Shown in pieces: positions 10,639 to 23,428 of a DNA stretch of 64,000 bases. Made by a program: the position numbers and the translations under genes. This DNA comes from Longimicrobiales bacterium (GTDB taxonomy: Bacteria > Gemmatimonadota > Gemmatimonadetes > Longimicrobiales > Gaopeijiaceae): the NCBI GenBank assembly GCA_965204735.1, contig OZ242008.1, forward strand, positions 1,472,001-1,536,000. The letters run 5' to 3'. Below the pieces are notes generated by a model, which was not told where the DNA came from, ran no database searches, and worked only from the letters and a program-made list of their open reading frames with translations. Every line of letters begins with the position of its first letter. Position 1 is the stretch's first letter.

Positions 10639-13027
10639 ATCCGCCGCCGCGCCGCCGCCGTCCGGCTCGGGTCCTCCTCGCGGCGCCCCTGGCGTGGCTG
10701 GTCGCCTGCGGCGGAGACGACGGCGGCTCGACGGTGACGCCTCCGCCGCCCGTCGCCGTGGCGTCCCTCGACCTGACCGCGACGACCACGGAGCCTGCCG
10801 CCGGGACCCCCGTTCCCGTGACCGCCCACGCCAGGGACGCCTCGGGTTCGCCCGCGGCCGGCGTTCAGATCGAGTTCGCGGTCGGCGCCTCCTCGGGAAG
10901 CGTGTCGCCCGCGTCCGCGACGACCGACGCCTCCGGGGCCGCTTCCGCCACCTGGTTGGTGGCCACCGTTCCGGGGCAGCAGACGCTCACGGCGCGGTCG
11001 GCCGGCGTCTCCAAGGACTTGACGGTGACCGCCGTGCCCGGCCCCCCGGCCTGGGTCGTCGCCGACGGCCAGACGGAGATCGTTGCCAGTGCCGGCGCCG
11101 TCCTGGCGGACGCGGTGGCGGTCGTCGCCCGCGACCGGTTCGGCAACCCGACGCCGGACGTGGAGGTCGCCTTCCAGGTCGTGGCCGGCGACGGCGCCGC
11201 CAACCCCGCCGTCGAGCGAACCGACGCCGCGGGCCGGGCGGCGACGACCTGGACGCTGGGAGCGGCCCCGGGCCGGAACGTCTTGGACGCCAGCGTGGGT
11301 GACCTGCAGGCCGTGACGTTCGTCGCCCACGCCTTCGGAGACGCGCTGGCGATCCTGCGATCCAGGCAGGAGCGCTGGCCCGAAAGCGACGAGATCGCCC
11401 TGGAGGGGTGGCGGATGGAGCGGATCTCCGACGCGGTGGTGACGGTGGACGGCGCTCCGCCGGCCGAGATCGTGGTCCTGGACTCGGCCCGCGCCGTGAT
11501 CCGCCAGGCGCCCCTTCCCGCAGCCAGGGCCGCCGGCTGCGCCCTGGAGCGCCCAGGCGAGCTGGCGGTCGTCGCCCCGAGCACGGCGTTCAACGCCAGA
11601 GTCAGGCGCCTCCACGGCCCGGTCGTCGCGCTTCGGGCCGGCGAGGAGCGCCGCTTCGAGGGCAACGAGACCTGCCTCCGCGTCGCGGGCGGCCGCTACG
11701 TGCTGGCCGCAGTGGACCGCGCCTACATCGACGACGCGCGCCACGTCTCCGAGGAGTGGCACTACCGAGGCGGCGCTCGCTTCCACATGCTGCTGGCCGA
11801 CAGCACGTCCGGGGCCGGGGCGCCCCATCGAGTCCGCGCGCGGTCGGCGGTGCCCACGCCCGATCCGACGGCCCGCCGCCCGGATCACGTGCGCGTCCAC
11901 CAGCCCGGGGCGTTCGCCGTTCAGGGAGACGTGTACCAGCGCGCCACGCCCTACGTGGTGGGCGAAGAGTTCCACTGGTACACCGGAGACGGGCGCGAAG
12001 GCACGTTCCGCGTCATGGCGCTCTACCCGCCGAACGTGGTCCTCGCCGTCTTCAAGGACGACCTGTCGTCCCTGTGGACCGACGCTCGCGCCCTGGCCAT
12101 GGACTCGCTCTTCATGTCCCTGGGGTCGCCCGAGGTCCAGGCGATCTACGAGGCCTCCTTCGGCGAGGGTCCCGCCGAGACCAGCGCCGAGACCGGCCAG
12201 ATGCTGGTCATGTTCCACGACGGCGACCCCTCGGACGCCACGGGCCTGACCTACTCGGCGTCGAACTACCGCCAGTCCACGGTGCACTTCCGCCGCAACC
12301 CCTACTGGGACGACAACTCCTGGTACTACAGCCTGGTGGCCCACGAACTCGGCCACGCCTGGCAGTTCAAGGCGGTCGGGCGCGTGAGCGCGGTGTGGAG
12401 CGGCGAAGGAATCGCCAACTGGATCGCCCAAGAGAGGCTCCGGCACGCGGTGGGCCTGGAGCTGGACGCCAACCACAGCGCGCACGTGGAGCTGCAGGGC
12501 TGGCCCCTTCGGCTTCCCGAGACTGGGGACTTCGTGGCCGGATACCGCGAGAGCCATCCCTTCCTTGCGTTCCTGGTGACGCGGCTCGTGCTCGACCACG
12601 GTCAGTCGTACGCCGACGCTGCCCGCCGGGTCGTGGTGGGAGCGTCCGAAGGCTGGCACGGGCGCTACTTCACGGCCTACGACGCGATCGAATACGACCC
12701 TGCCGGAGGGCTGACCAACCGCATGCGCCAGGTCGTGGACGAGTGGGACGCGGTCGAGGCCCGCCTGGACTGGATGGTCTCCTTCGCCTTGGACGACCGA
12801 AGCAGCCTGGGTCGCTACCGCATTCCCTTCGTGCGAGGCGCGTCGCAGCACTACAGACCGTACCACAGCTTCCGCATGGGAGGCGGCGCCAGCGTCTCCG
12901 AGAACTTCGCCGGCGGCGGCAACTACTACTTCGAGCTCGTGGGCGACGGCGCCTTGCACGTCGTGGCGAACGACGGCGCGACGCCTGCGGGAGGGCCCCG
13001 GATGGCCTGGAAGCTGGTGAGGTGGCG

Positions 13028-13031
<4 letters not shown>
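10635..13031 (+). CDS. Lipoprotein with Big_1/invasin-like Ig domains and C-terminal gluzincin-type metallopeptidase motif
   Basis: ATGA overlap with the upstream stop; lipobox 'WLVAC'; two 'TDA.G.A...W.L...PG' Ig repeats; 'AHELGH...WSGEGIA'. Confidence 0.75.
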
Positions 13032-14797
<1,766 letters not shown>

Positions 14798-14814
14798 ATG
14801 GCGATGCACGCAAC

Positions 14815-15483
14815 ATGGACTCGCTTAGGTTGATGGAGTGGCTTACGCTCATAGTGGCCATAGTATCTGCCGCCTATAGTGCATATGCGTCCTGGAAGAC
14901 TGGGAAACGCAAGGAGAAGATTAAGGACGAGATTAGGAAACACAACAGCGAGATTAGGAAACACAATGACAAGATTAGGAAACACAATGACAAGATTAGA
15001 AAATACCTCAAGACGAAAGGATCTGGTGCCATGAAAGATGAATACGACGAGCGCTTGAAAAAACTGCGTGCGCATATCAACGAAGCGCAGTCGTCGTTCT
15101 ATAACTTGCACCGATACATATACCGCAAAGAAAACAAAGTCCTTAGAAAGAATCTGCGGAAAGACAAGGAACAGATGGACGACCTCAAATACCAGGCCAG
15201 TGTCTTGTACGATCTCATAGCAAAAATCTGCGTGGGAGAACAGGACACCGACAGTGCCGAAGTGGAACATGCCGACAAGGACAACCCGCCGAAACTTGAG
15301 GACGATAGCGAGGTGCAGGACGAGCCGGAGCACGGTGCAGTGGGGGAAGGCGAACGGGGCGAATTTGCACTGGACAAAGACCCTCCAGCTACTGAAGGAC
15401 CTGGACAAGAAGAGCCGAAGCCAAGCACGGAACCGGACCCAGCCGGGACTTCCGCTGAAGGGGAGGACGCTGCGGAACCATGA
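14815..15483 (+). CDS. Hypothetical low-GC protein: N-terminal TM helix, heptad repeat, acidic tail
   Basis: AT-richer segment, open frame, TM 'WLTLIVAIVSAAYSAYASW'; start ATG 14815 or a nearby downstream ATG. Confidence 0.6.
   Translation: MDSLRLMEWLTLIVAIVSAAYSAYASWKTGKRKEKIKDEIRKHNSEIRKHNDKIRKHNDKIRKYLKTKGSGAMKDEYDERLKKLRAHINEAQSSFYNLHRYIYRKENKVLRKNLRKDKEQMDDLKYQASVLYDLIAKICVGEQDTDSAEVEHADKDNPPKLEDDSEVQDEPEHGAVGEGERGEFALDKDPPATEGPGQEEPKPSTEPDPAGTSAEGEDAAEP
14930..15006 (+). repeat. 21-bp tandem repeat, ~3.5 copies (AGATTAGGAAACACAATGACA), encoding IRKHNDK
   Basis: Units at 14930, 14951, 14972 and a partial unit at 14993. Confidence 0.9.
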
Positions 15484-15674
15484 CCCATGATTGCCTTCCA
15501 TCCGTTCCCGGCGCTCGTCGATTCCCCACAGCCGAAAGAACGCACCGGACGCCCAGGGGAAGCCGCACCCGGGATTGACACCCCGCCCCGGCTGGGCGAG
15601 CTTTCGGCCCTGCGAGCCGCCTGGGAGTCGGGCGCCGCATCAGGGGAAAGACGCGAAAGGGAGCCGGGCAGCCG

Positions 15675-17357
15675 ATGCTGAAAACGTTCCGTGGACGGGC
15701 GATCGTCATCTTGGCGGCCCTCGGCCTCTCCGCCTTCTACCTCTTGACCCGAGGCCTCAAGCAGGGGCTCGACCTTCAGGGCGGGATGCACCTCGTCCTG
15801 GAGATCGACGACCCGGAGGGCTCGCTCACCGAGGAGGAGCGGACCGACGCCATCGACCGGGCGGAGCGGATCATCCGCGCCCGGATCGACGAGTTCGGGG
15901 TCGAGGAGCCCCTCATCCAGAAGATCGGCGCCGACCGGCTCATCGTGGAGCTGGCAGGGCTGGACGACGAGTCCCGGGCCAAGGAGATCATCAACCAGCA
16001 GGCGTACCTGGAGTGGAAGCTGGTCCTGCCCACCACCGAAGTGGACAACGCCCTCGAGCGGCTGGACCGGGCGGTGGTGGTCGCCGTCGGCGAGGAGGGG
16101 CTGCGGGAGATGGGCCGTGCGGTGGAAGCCGCCCAGGCGCCGGACATTCAGGACCTTCTCTTCAGCGCCCCCGACACGGGCGACGAAGCGGGGGACGCCG
16201 CGGACGGCGAAGAGCTTCCCGCCGACGCCGAGCCCGCCGACGAAGGCCCCCCGGACGCGACGGACGACGAGGCGGACCCGGAGGACGAGGGCGAGGAAGA
16301 GCTGAACCTTCGTCCCTTCACCAGCCTGCTCGGCAGGAGCGACGCGGCGGGCGTCTACTTGGTGGACATGGACGACGTGGAGGTCGCCCAGCGCTTCATG
16401 GCCCTGCCCGAGTTCCAGCGGGCGCTTCCCCGCGACGTCAGCCTCCAGTGGGGATGGGACTCGCTGCCGCGAGGCGCCGTCTTCTACCGGGAGCTGTACG
16501 TCCTGGAGGAGGACCCCTTCCTGACGGGCGACCAGCTGGAAGACGCCACGGCCAACCGGGACCCCCAGTTCAACCAAGCCCAGGTCCTCTTCCAGCTGAA
16601 CCGTCGGGGCGGGCGGGACTTCCAGCGCCTCACCGGCGCCCACATCGGCGACCGCATCGCCATCGTGCTGGACGGCGAGGTCGTCAGCGCTCCCGTGGTT
16701 CGCGACCGGATCGGCGCCAGCGGCTCCATCGACCTGGGCTCGTCGGACATGTCCGAGGCCAGCGACCTGGCGCTGGTGCTGCGGGCCGGCGCCCTTCCCG
16801 CGCCCCTCCGGATCATGGAGGAACGGACCGTCGGACCCTCGCTGGGACAGGACTCCGTCGACCAGGGCAGGACCGCCGGGCTCGTCGGGGTCGCAGCCGT
16901 GCTGGTCGTCATGCTCCTCTACTACAAGGTCGCCGGGCTGCTGGCGATCCTCGCCCTCGGCGTCTACCTGGCCCTGGTCATGGGCGGACTCGCGGCGCTC
17001 AACGCCACGCTGACCCTTCCAGGGATCGCCGGCCTGATCCTTTCGGTGGGGATGGCGGTGGACGCCAACGTCCTCATCTTCGAGCGCATCCGCGAGGAGC
17101 TGGCCCGAAGGCGCGCGCCCAAGACCGCCGTGGACGAAGGCTTCGGCGCCGCCATGTCGGCGATCGTCGACGCCAACATCACCACCCTCATCACGGGGCT
17201 GATCCTCTTTCAGTTCGGAACCGGACCCGTGCGTGGATTCGCCGTCACCCTCTGCATCGGGATCGTGGCCTCGTTCTTCTCGGCCCTCTACGTGACCCGC
17301 GCCTTCTTCCTGGTCTACCTCTCCGGCAAGAGGGGCTCGGACCCGATCAGCATCTAG
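15675..17357 (+). CDS. secD: Protein translocase subunit SecD
   Basis: 'GLDLQGG', 'LRAGALPAPL....RTVGPSLG', 'TLPGIAGLILSVGMAVDANVLIFERIREE'. Confidence 0.97.
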   Translation: MLKTFRGRAIVILAALGLSAFYLLTRGLKQGLDLQGGMHLVLEIDDPEGSLTEEERTDAIDRAERIIRARIDEFGVEEPLIQKIGADRLIVELAGLDDESRAKEIINQQAYLEWKLVLPTTEVDNALERLDRAVVVAVGEEGLREMGRAVEAAQAPDIQDLLFSAPDTGDEAGDAADGEELPADAEPADEGPPDATDDEADPEDEGEEELNLRPFTSLLGRSDAAGVYLVDMDDVEVAQRFMALPEFQRALPRDVSLQWGWDSLPRGAVFYRELYVLEEDPFLTGDQLEDATANRDPQFNQAQVLFQLNRRGGRDFQRLTGAHIGDRIAIVLDGEVVSAPVVRDRIGASGSIDLGSSDMSEASDLALVLRAGALPAPLRIMEERTVGPSLGQDSVDQGRTAGLVGVAAVLVVMLLYYKVAGLLAILALGVYLALVMGGLAALNATLTLPGIAGLILSVGMAVDANVLIFERIREELARRRAPKTAVDEGFGAAMSAIVDANITTLITGLILFQFGTGPVRGFAVTLCIGIVASFFSALYVTRAFFLVYLSGKRGSDPISI

Positions 17358-17435
17358 CCCCCGCCCGCACCGGCACGCCCCTCCCCGGCTCCCCGAGCAC
17401 GCCCCCCTCCAGGAACCCCAAGGACTCGCTCCCTC

Positions 17436-18401
17436 ATGTGGCTCTTTCGCGAAGCCAAGTACGCGTTCATCGACATGCGCCGGAAGGCCTACGTGGTGTC
17501 GGCCGCGCTGCTCGCCCTCGGAGTGGGCGCGATGGTCGTGAACCACTTGGCCATAGGGAACTGGCAGAACTACGGCGTGGACTTCACCGGCGGCTCGCTG
17601 GTGCAGGTGCGCTTCGACGTGCCCACCGACGACAACGAGCTCCGCCAAGCGCTGGGCGGCGACGACGCGCCCCCCATCACCCGCTTCGGCGCCGACAACG
17701 AGTTCGTGGTCCGCGCCCCGCTGGCGGACACGGTGGGGATCGACGAGATCGCAGCCGACGTGGGCGCCAAGGTCGCGGCCAGCTACGGCGACGACGCGTT
17801 CGAGATCGTCCGGCAGGAGCTTGTGGGTCCCAAGATCGGCGCCGAGCTCCAGCAGAAGGCCGCGCTGGCGATCCTCTTCTCCCTCGTGCTCACCCTGGTC
17901 TACATCGCCGTGCGCTTCGAGTTCCGGTTCGGAGTGGCCTCGGTGATCGCCACCGCCCACGACGTCCTTGTCACATTGGGGTTCCTGGCCCTCTTCCGGG
18001 TCGAGATATCGCTGCCCACGGTGGCGGCGATCCTGACCATCCTGGGCTACTCCCTGAACGACACGATCGTCGTCTTCGACCGCATCCGGGAGAACCTGAA
18101 CGCGCGCGGGGGAAGGCGCGAGGACCCGTACAAGCTGGTGAACCGCTCCATCAACGAGACGCTGCCCCGAACGGTGCTGACCTCGGGCACGACGCTGGCG
18201 GTGCTGTTCTCGCTGCTGACGCTGGGCGGAGCGGTCATCCGCGACTTCACCATGGTGCTGATCCTGGGCGTGCTGATCGGGACCTACTCGTCGATCTTCA
18301 TCGCGTCGCCGGCCCTCCTGGAGATCCAGAGGCGGTACGGCGCCGGCGACGACAAGGAGAAGCGGAAGAAGCAAGGGACGCGGGCGGCCGCAGCGGTGTG
18401 A
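17436..18401 (+). CDS. secF: Protein translocase subunit SecF
   Basis: 'GVDFTGG', 'GYSLNDTIVVFDRIRE', 'GTYSSIFIASP'. Confidence 0.97.
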   Translation: MWLFREAKYAFIDMRRKAYVVSAALLALGVGAMVVNHLAIGNWQNYGVDFTGGSLVQVRFDVPTDDNELRQALGGDDAPPITRFGADNEFVVRAPLADTVGIDEIAADVGAKVAASYGDDAFEIVRQELVGPKIGAELQQKAALAILFSLVLTLVYIAVRFEFRFGVASVIATAHDVLVTLGFLALFRVEISLPTVAAILTILGYSLNDTIVVFDRIRENLNARGGRREDPYKLVNRSINETLPRTVLTSGTTLAVLFSLLTLGGAVIRDFTMVLILGVLIGTYSSIFIASPALLEIQRRYGAGDDKEKRKKQGTRAAAAV

Positions 18402-19186
18402 GGCTGACCGACTCGCACTGCCACCTCTCCGACGGCGCGTTCGACGGCGACCGGCGGGCGGCGCTGGACCGCGCAAGAGCCGCCGGGGCGACGCGGATCG
18501 TTTCGGTGGCGTCCGATCCCGACGACGGCTTGGCCGCCCTGGATCTGGCCCGTGCCCACGACGCCGTTCGGTGCACGACGGGCGTCCACCCCCACGCCGT
18601 GTCCGAGTCGGGCGCGGGCGTTGCCGACGCCGGGCAAGCCGCCGCCGTCCTCGACGCGATCCGCGAAGCCGCCGCCGATCCCCTTTGCGTGGCGATCGGC
18701 GAGACGGGCCTCGACTACCACTACGACAACGCGCCCCGGGACACCCAGCGCCGGAGCTTCCGTCGCCACGCCCGGATCGCGGAGGAGACGGAGCTGCCCC
18801 TGGTCGTCCACTCCCGCGACGCGGAAGAGGACACCGCCGCCGCCGTCCGCGAGTGCGCCGGGACGGTCGCCGGCGTGCTCCACTGCTTCACCGGACCGCC
18901 CGCCCTCCTGGAGACCGCGCTGGAGGCGGGCTGGCTGGTCTCCTTCACCGGAACCGTCACCTTCGGCTGGTTCGACGCCGGCCTGGTGCGGGCCGTCCCG
19001 GCGGGCCGCTACATGATCGAGACCGATTCGCCCTACCTGGCGCCGGTTCCGCGACGGGGCAGGCGGAACGAGCCCGCCTTCGTGCTCCACGTGGCCCGGG
19101 CCGTGGCCCGGATCAGGGACGAATCCCTCGAAACGGTGGCGAAGGACACCTGGGACGCGGCGTCCCGATTCTTCGGACCGTGGTGA
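18398..19186 (+). CDS. tatD: TatD family DNase
   Basis: 'DSHCH', 'GVHPH', 'AIGETGLDY', 'HSRDA', 'ETDSPYLAP..RGRRNEP'; GTGA overlap. Confidence 0.93.
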   Translation: MRLTDSHCHLSDGAFDGDRRAALDRARAAGATRIVSVASDPDDGLAALDLARAHDAVRCTTGVHPHAVSESGAGVADAGQAAAVLDAIREAAADPLCVAIGETGLDYHYDNAPRDTQRRSFRRHARIAEETELPLVVHSRDAEEDTAAAVRECAGTVAGVLHCFTGPPALLETALEAGWLVSFTGTVTFGWFDAGLVRAVPAGRYMIETDSPYLAPVPRRGRRNEPAFVLHVARAVARIRDESLETVAKDTWDAASRFFGPW

Positions 19187-21000
19187 AGCGCGCGACCCCT
19201 TCCGGCCCCGACGGCCCTCGCCGTCCCCCGGGCGCCCGGCCCCGCATCAAGGTCCTGCCGGACCACGTGGCGAACCAGATCGCCGCCGGCGAGGTGGTCG
19301 AGCGACCGGCGTCGGTGGTGAAGGAGCTCGTGGAGAACGCCCTGGACGCCGGGGCCCGGACGATCCGGGTGTCGGTGGAGCAGGGGGGCAAGGGCCGCAT
19401 CCGGGTCGCCGACGACGGGTGCGGAATGGTGCGGCAAGACGTGCTCGCCTGCCTGGACCGCCACGCCACCAGCAAGATCCGCGACGCCAAGGACCTCGTG
19501 GAGATCCGCACCCTGGGCTTCCGGGGCGAAGCGCTGCCGTCGATCGCCGCCGTGTCGAGGCTGGTGGTCGAGACCGCCGTCGAGGGAGACGACCCGGGAA
19601 CCCGGGTGCGCGCGCTGGCGGGACAGATCCAGAGCGTGGAAGACGCGGCCCGCCGCCGGGGGACGACGGTGGACGTGCGGAACCTCTTCCTCAACACGCC
19701 CGTCCGGGCCCGCTTCCTCCGCAACGTGGGACTGGAGACCCGCGCCGTCGCCGAGACGCTTCACGCGCTGTCCCTGGCCAACCTGGGCGTGCGCTTCGTC
19801 TTCGAGACCAACGGGCGGCCCCAGCTGGACTTGCCGGCGGACCGGCCCCTGGAGGAGCGCATCGCCGAGATATGGGAGGACGCGGGGCTCGTCCCCCTGT
19901 CGGCGCGGAGGGGCGGACTCGGGCTGGACGGCGCCGTGCAGCGGCCCGACAGGGCGCGCTCCGGCTTCCGCCGAACCCAGCTCTTCGTGAACGGCCGCCC
20001 CTTCCGCGACGGACGGGTCGTGGCCGCGGCGGACCGGGGCTACCGCACCACCGTGGCCGAGGGGGTCCGGGCTTGGCTCTTCGTCTTCCTGACCGCGCCC
20101 CCGGACCAAGTGGACGTGAACGTGCACCCCGGCAAGGAGGAAGTGCGCTTCCAGGACTCGGCCGCGGTCGAGGAGTTCGTGGAGGCGTCGGTGCGGAAGG
20201 CGCTGGAGGGCGTCGACTCCGCCGCCGCGTGGGGCAGGCCGCCGCCGGTCCAGCTGGTTCGCGAAGGTCCGCCCGGCGGTCGCGGCACGGGCTGGGACGG
20301 CGCCGCCCGCGGGCGCCAGATTCGGCTCTTCCGCGACACGGACGCCCCGGACGAGCCGGACGCCCCGGACGACTCTCGCCAGGAACTCCCCGAGGTCCCC
20401 GCGACGGGCGGCGTCGCTCCCCAGGCGCCCAAGCCCGCCCTCCTCCAGGTCCACAACAGCTTCATCCTGGCCGAGACCCGCGACGGCGTGATCATCATCG
20501 ACCAGCACGCCGCCCACGAGAGGATCCTCTACGAGCGCATCATGGCGCGTTTCGAAGCCGGCGCCGAGGGCCAGCGGCTCCTCTTCCCCTTCACGGTGCG
20601 CCTCTCCAGGGCCGAGCTCGACGTGGTCCGCTCCGCGTCGCGGCTCCTGGCCAAGACCGGCTTCCAGGTGGAGCCCTTCGGCGCCCACGCCGTCCTCGTC
20701 CATGCCGTCCCCAGTCCCCACCCTCACTTCGACGCCGAGCGGTGCATCCGCGAGATGCTCCACGAGCTGGCGGAAGGCTCCGACCTGATGCGGGCTGCCC
20801 GGAACCAGAACGAGCGCGTCGCCATGAGCTTCGCGTGCAAGGGCGCCATCAAGGCGGGACAGAAGCTCACGGCCGAGGAGATGCAGGACCTCTTCGACCA
20901 GCTCTTCGCCACCGAGCTGCCCTACCACGACGTGCACGGCCGTCCCACCGTGGTGCGCCTGGGGCTGGACGAGCTCCGTCGGAAGTTCGGGCGGTCGTGA
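19183..21000 (+). CDS. mutL: DNA mismatch repair endonuclease MutL
   Basis: 'NQIAAGEVVERPASVVKELVENALDAGA', 'TLGFRGEAL', C-terminal 'DQHAAHER' endonuclease motif. Confidence 0.96.
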   Translation: MKRATPSGPDGPRRPPGARPRIKVLPDHVANQIAAGEVVERPASVVKELVENALDAGARTIRVSVEQGGKGRIRVADDGCGMVRQDVLACLDRHATSKIRDAKDLVEIRTLGFRGEALPSIAAVSRLVVETAVEGDDPGTRVRALAGQIQSVEDAARRRGTTVDVRNLFLNTPVRARFLRNVGLETRAVAETLHALSLANLGVRFVFETNGRPQLDLPADRPLEERIAEIWEDAGLVPLSARRGGLGLDGAVQRPDRARSGFRRTQLFVNGRPFRDGRVVAAADRGYRTTVAEGVRAWLFVFLTAPPDQVDVNVHPGKEEVRFQDSAAVEEFVEASVRKALEGVDSAAAWGRPPPVQLVREGPPGGRGTGWDGAARGRQIRLFRDTDAPDEPDAPDDSRQELPEVPATGGVAPQAPKPALLQVHNSFILAETRDGVIIIDQHAAHERILYERIMARFEAGAEGQRLLFPFTVRLSRAELDVVRSASRLLAKTGFQVEPFGAHAVLVHAVPSPHPHFDAERCIREMLHELAEGSDLMRAARNQNERVAMSFACKGAIKAGQKLTAEEMQDLFDQLFATELPYHDVHGRPTVVRLGLDELRRKFGRS

Positions 21001-22106
21001 CGGCCGAGCCCGACTTCCTGGCCCTGGTCGGCCCCACGGCCACGGGCAAGACGCGCCTCTCCCTTCGGGTCGCCCGCGTCCTGGGCGGCGAGATCGTCTC
21101 CATGGACTCTCGCCAGGTGTACAGGGGAATGGACGTGGGCACCGCCAAGGCAACGCCGCTGGAACGGGCCGCGGTCCCCCATCACGGCCTGGACCTCTGC
21201 GACCCCGGCCAGCGCTACGCCGCCGGCGACTTCGCCAGGGACGCCCGCCGTTGGATCGCCGAGATCGTCGGCCGGGGCCGAGTGCCGATCTTGGTGGGAG
21301 GCACCGGGTTCTACCTCAAGGTCTTGACCGACCCGCTCTTCGAGGAGCCGCCGCTCGAGCCGGCCCGACGCCGCGCGCTGGAAGACGTCCTGGCTCCGAT
21401 GCCCCGGGCCGAGCTGGCCCGGTGGGTGCGCGCCCTGGACCCGGCCCGGGCCGAGACCGCCGTCGCGGGCGGCCGGCAGCGGATGCTGCGGACGGCGACG
21501 ATGGCCCTCCTGACCGGGCGTCCCCTCTCCTGGTGGCACGAGCGGGCCCGGTCCGTCGAGCGGCCCCTCCGGGCCGTCGCGTGCGTGCTCGACCTGCCGG
21601 CGCCGACCCTGGCCCGGCGGATCGACCGTCGTGTGGCGGCGATGGTCGCCGACGGGCTGGTGGAGGAGACGGCCGGCCTGCTGGCGGCAGGCTGCGCCCC
21701 GGACGCCCCCGGCCTCGACGCCCTGGGCTACCGGGAGGTGGTGGACCACCTGCAAGGGCGGACGACTCTGGAAGAGGCCGCAGAGCGCACCCGGGCCGCG
21801 ACCCGCCGCTACGCGCGCCGGCAGCGCACCTGGTTCCGCAACCAGCTGGGACCCGCCGCCGTGCGCGTGGACGCCGGGGCCCCGCTGGACGCTTGCGCGC
21901 GCATCGTGGTCGACGCGTGGCGCAGCGCCGCCGGCGCCCGTCCTCTCAAGGCGTCCGGCGCCTCCGCGTCCGTCCCCGACCTGCCCGGCGCGTCCGCGTC
22001 CGTTTCCGATCTGCCCGGCGCGTCCGCGTCCGTCCCCGATCTGCCCGGCGCGTCCGCGTCCGTTTCCGATCTGCCCGGCGCGTCCGCGTCCGTTTCCCTC
22101 CCATGA
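20997..22106 (+). CDS. miaA: tRNA dimethylallyltransferase
   Basis: 'GPTATGKT', 'DSRQVYRGMDVGTAK', 'VGGTGFY', 'TRRYARRQRTWF'. Confidence 0.96.
   Translation: MTAEPDFLALVGPTATGKTRLSLRVARVLGGEIVSMDSRQVYRGMDVGTAKATPLERAAVPHHGLDLCDPGQRYAAGDFARDARRWIAEIVGRGRVPILVGGTGFYLKVLTDPLFEEPPLEPARRRALEDVLAPMPRAELARWVRALDPARAETAVAGGRQRMLRTATMALLTGRPLSWWHERARSVERPLRAVACVLDLPAPTLARRIDRRVAAMVADGLVEETAGLLAAGCAPDAPGLDALGYREVVDHLQGRTTLEEAAERTRAATRRYARRQRTWFRNQLGPAAVRVDAGAPLDACARIVVDAWRSAAGARPLKASGASASVPDLPGASASVSDLPGASASVPDLPGASASVSDLPGASASVSLP
21953..22097 (+). repeat. 30-bp tandem repeat, ~4.7 copies, in the miaA 3' end (encodes DLPGASASV[P/S])
   Basis: Unit ctgcccggcgcgtccgcgtccgt(t/c)(t/c)ccga(t/c) read directly. 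Confidence 0.9.
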
Positions 22107-23428
22107 AGATCGGGATCACCTGCTATCCCACCTATGGCGGCTCCGGGGCCGTCGCCACGGCCCTGGGGATCGGCTTGGCCGAGCGCGGCCACGAGGTCCA
22201 CTTCGTGTCGTACGCCCAGCCCTTTCGCCTCTCGGGCTTCCGGGAGCGCGTCTACTTGCACGAGGTGAAGATCGACCGCTACCCCCTCTTCGAGCACCCG
22301 CCCTACACGCTGGCGCTCGCGGCGACGATCCACGACACCGCCGTCCGCGAGGAGCTGGACGTGATGCACGTCCACTACGCCATCCCCCACGCCACCTCGG
22401 CCTGGATCGCCCAGGAGATGCTCGACGGCGTCGGAGCGCCGCCCCTCGTCACCACCCTCCACGGAACCGACGTGACGCTGGTCGGCCTTCACCCGTCCTT
22501 TCGGCCCATCACCCGTTTCTCGATCATGCGCTCCCAGGGCGTGACCGCCGTCTCCACCTTCCTGAAGGAGGCCACGGTCCGCGACTTCCAGGTGCCTGCG
22601 GAGCGCATTCGGGTCGTGCCCAACTTCGTGGACACCGCGCTCTTCCGCCGGGGAGGCGTTCCCTGCCACCGCCAAGTCCTGGCGCCGGGCGGCGAGAAGA
22701 TCGTCATGCACGTCTCCAACTTCCGGCCCGTCAAGCGCGTGCCCGAAGTGATCCGCATCTTCGCCGGCATCCGCAAGAACGTGCCCGCCCGGCTGGTGCT
22801 GGTGGGAGACGGTCCGGAGCGCTCCCAGGCCGCCGACGCCGCCTGCGAGCTGGGAATCGAGGACGACGTGCTCTTTCTGGGCAAGCACGCCGCGGTCCAC
22901 GAGCTCCTGGCCTGCGCCGACCTCTTCCTGATGGCCAGCCAGAGCGAGTCCTTCGGCTTGGCGGCGCTGGAGGCAATGGCGTGCGGCGCGCCGGTGGTCG
23001 GCTACGCGGCAGGGGGGCTGCCGGAAGTGGTTTCCCACGGCGAAGGGGGTTGGCTGGTCCCGCCCGGCGCGGTGGAGGACGCCACCGAAGCGGCGACGGA
23101 ACTGCTGAAGGACTCGGCGCGCTGGCGTCGCTTCGCCAAGGCCGCCCGGCGATCGGCGGTGGAGCGCTTCGAGGCGAAGCGCGTGGTGCCGCTGTACGAG
23201 GCGTGCTACGAGAGCGTCTGCGGCGCAGGGGACGCTTCAGCCGCCGGCCTTGCCACGGAGTCCGCCGGCCACAACGCCACGGAGTCTGCCGCCCGCTCTA
23301 CCGAGTCCGCCGCCCACGCCACGGAGTCCGCCGCCCACGCCGCCACCGAGTCCGCCGCCCACGCCGAGTCCGCCCACTCCACGGAGCCCGCCGGCCTTGC
23401 GGACGCCGGAAGCGAGCCGAGGCCGTGA
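22103..23428 (+). CDS. bshA: N-acetyl-alpha-D-glucosaminyl L-malate synthase (bacillithiol glycosyltransferase)
   Basis: 'MKIGITCYPTYGGSG', 'HVHYAIPHA', 'TTLHGTD', 'HVSNFRPVKR', 'ESFGLAALEAMACG'; C-terminal ATESAAH repeats (23251-23395). Confidence 0.92.
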   Translation: MKIGITCYPTYGGSGAVATALGIGLAERGHEVHFVSYAQPFRLSGFRERVYLHEVKIDRYPLFEHPPYTLALAATIHDTAVREELDVMHVHYAIPHATSAWIAQEMLDGVGAPPLVTTLHGTDVTLVGLHPSFRPITRFSIMRSQGVTAVSTFLKEATVRDFQVPAERIRVVPNFVDTALFRRGGVPCHRQVLAPGGEKIVMHVSNFRPVKRVPEVIRIFAGIRKNVPARLVLVGDGPERSQAADAACELGIEDDVLFLGKHAAVHELLACADLFLMASQSESFGLAALEAMACGAPVVGYAAGGLPEVVSHGEGGWLVPPGAVEDATEAATELLKDSARWRRFAKAARRSAVERFEAKRVVPLYEACYESVCGAGDASAAGLATESAGHNATESAARSTESAAHATESAAHAATESAAHAESAHSTEPAGLADAGSEPRP

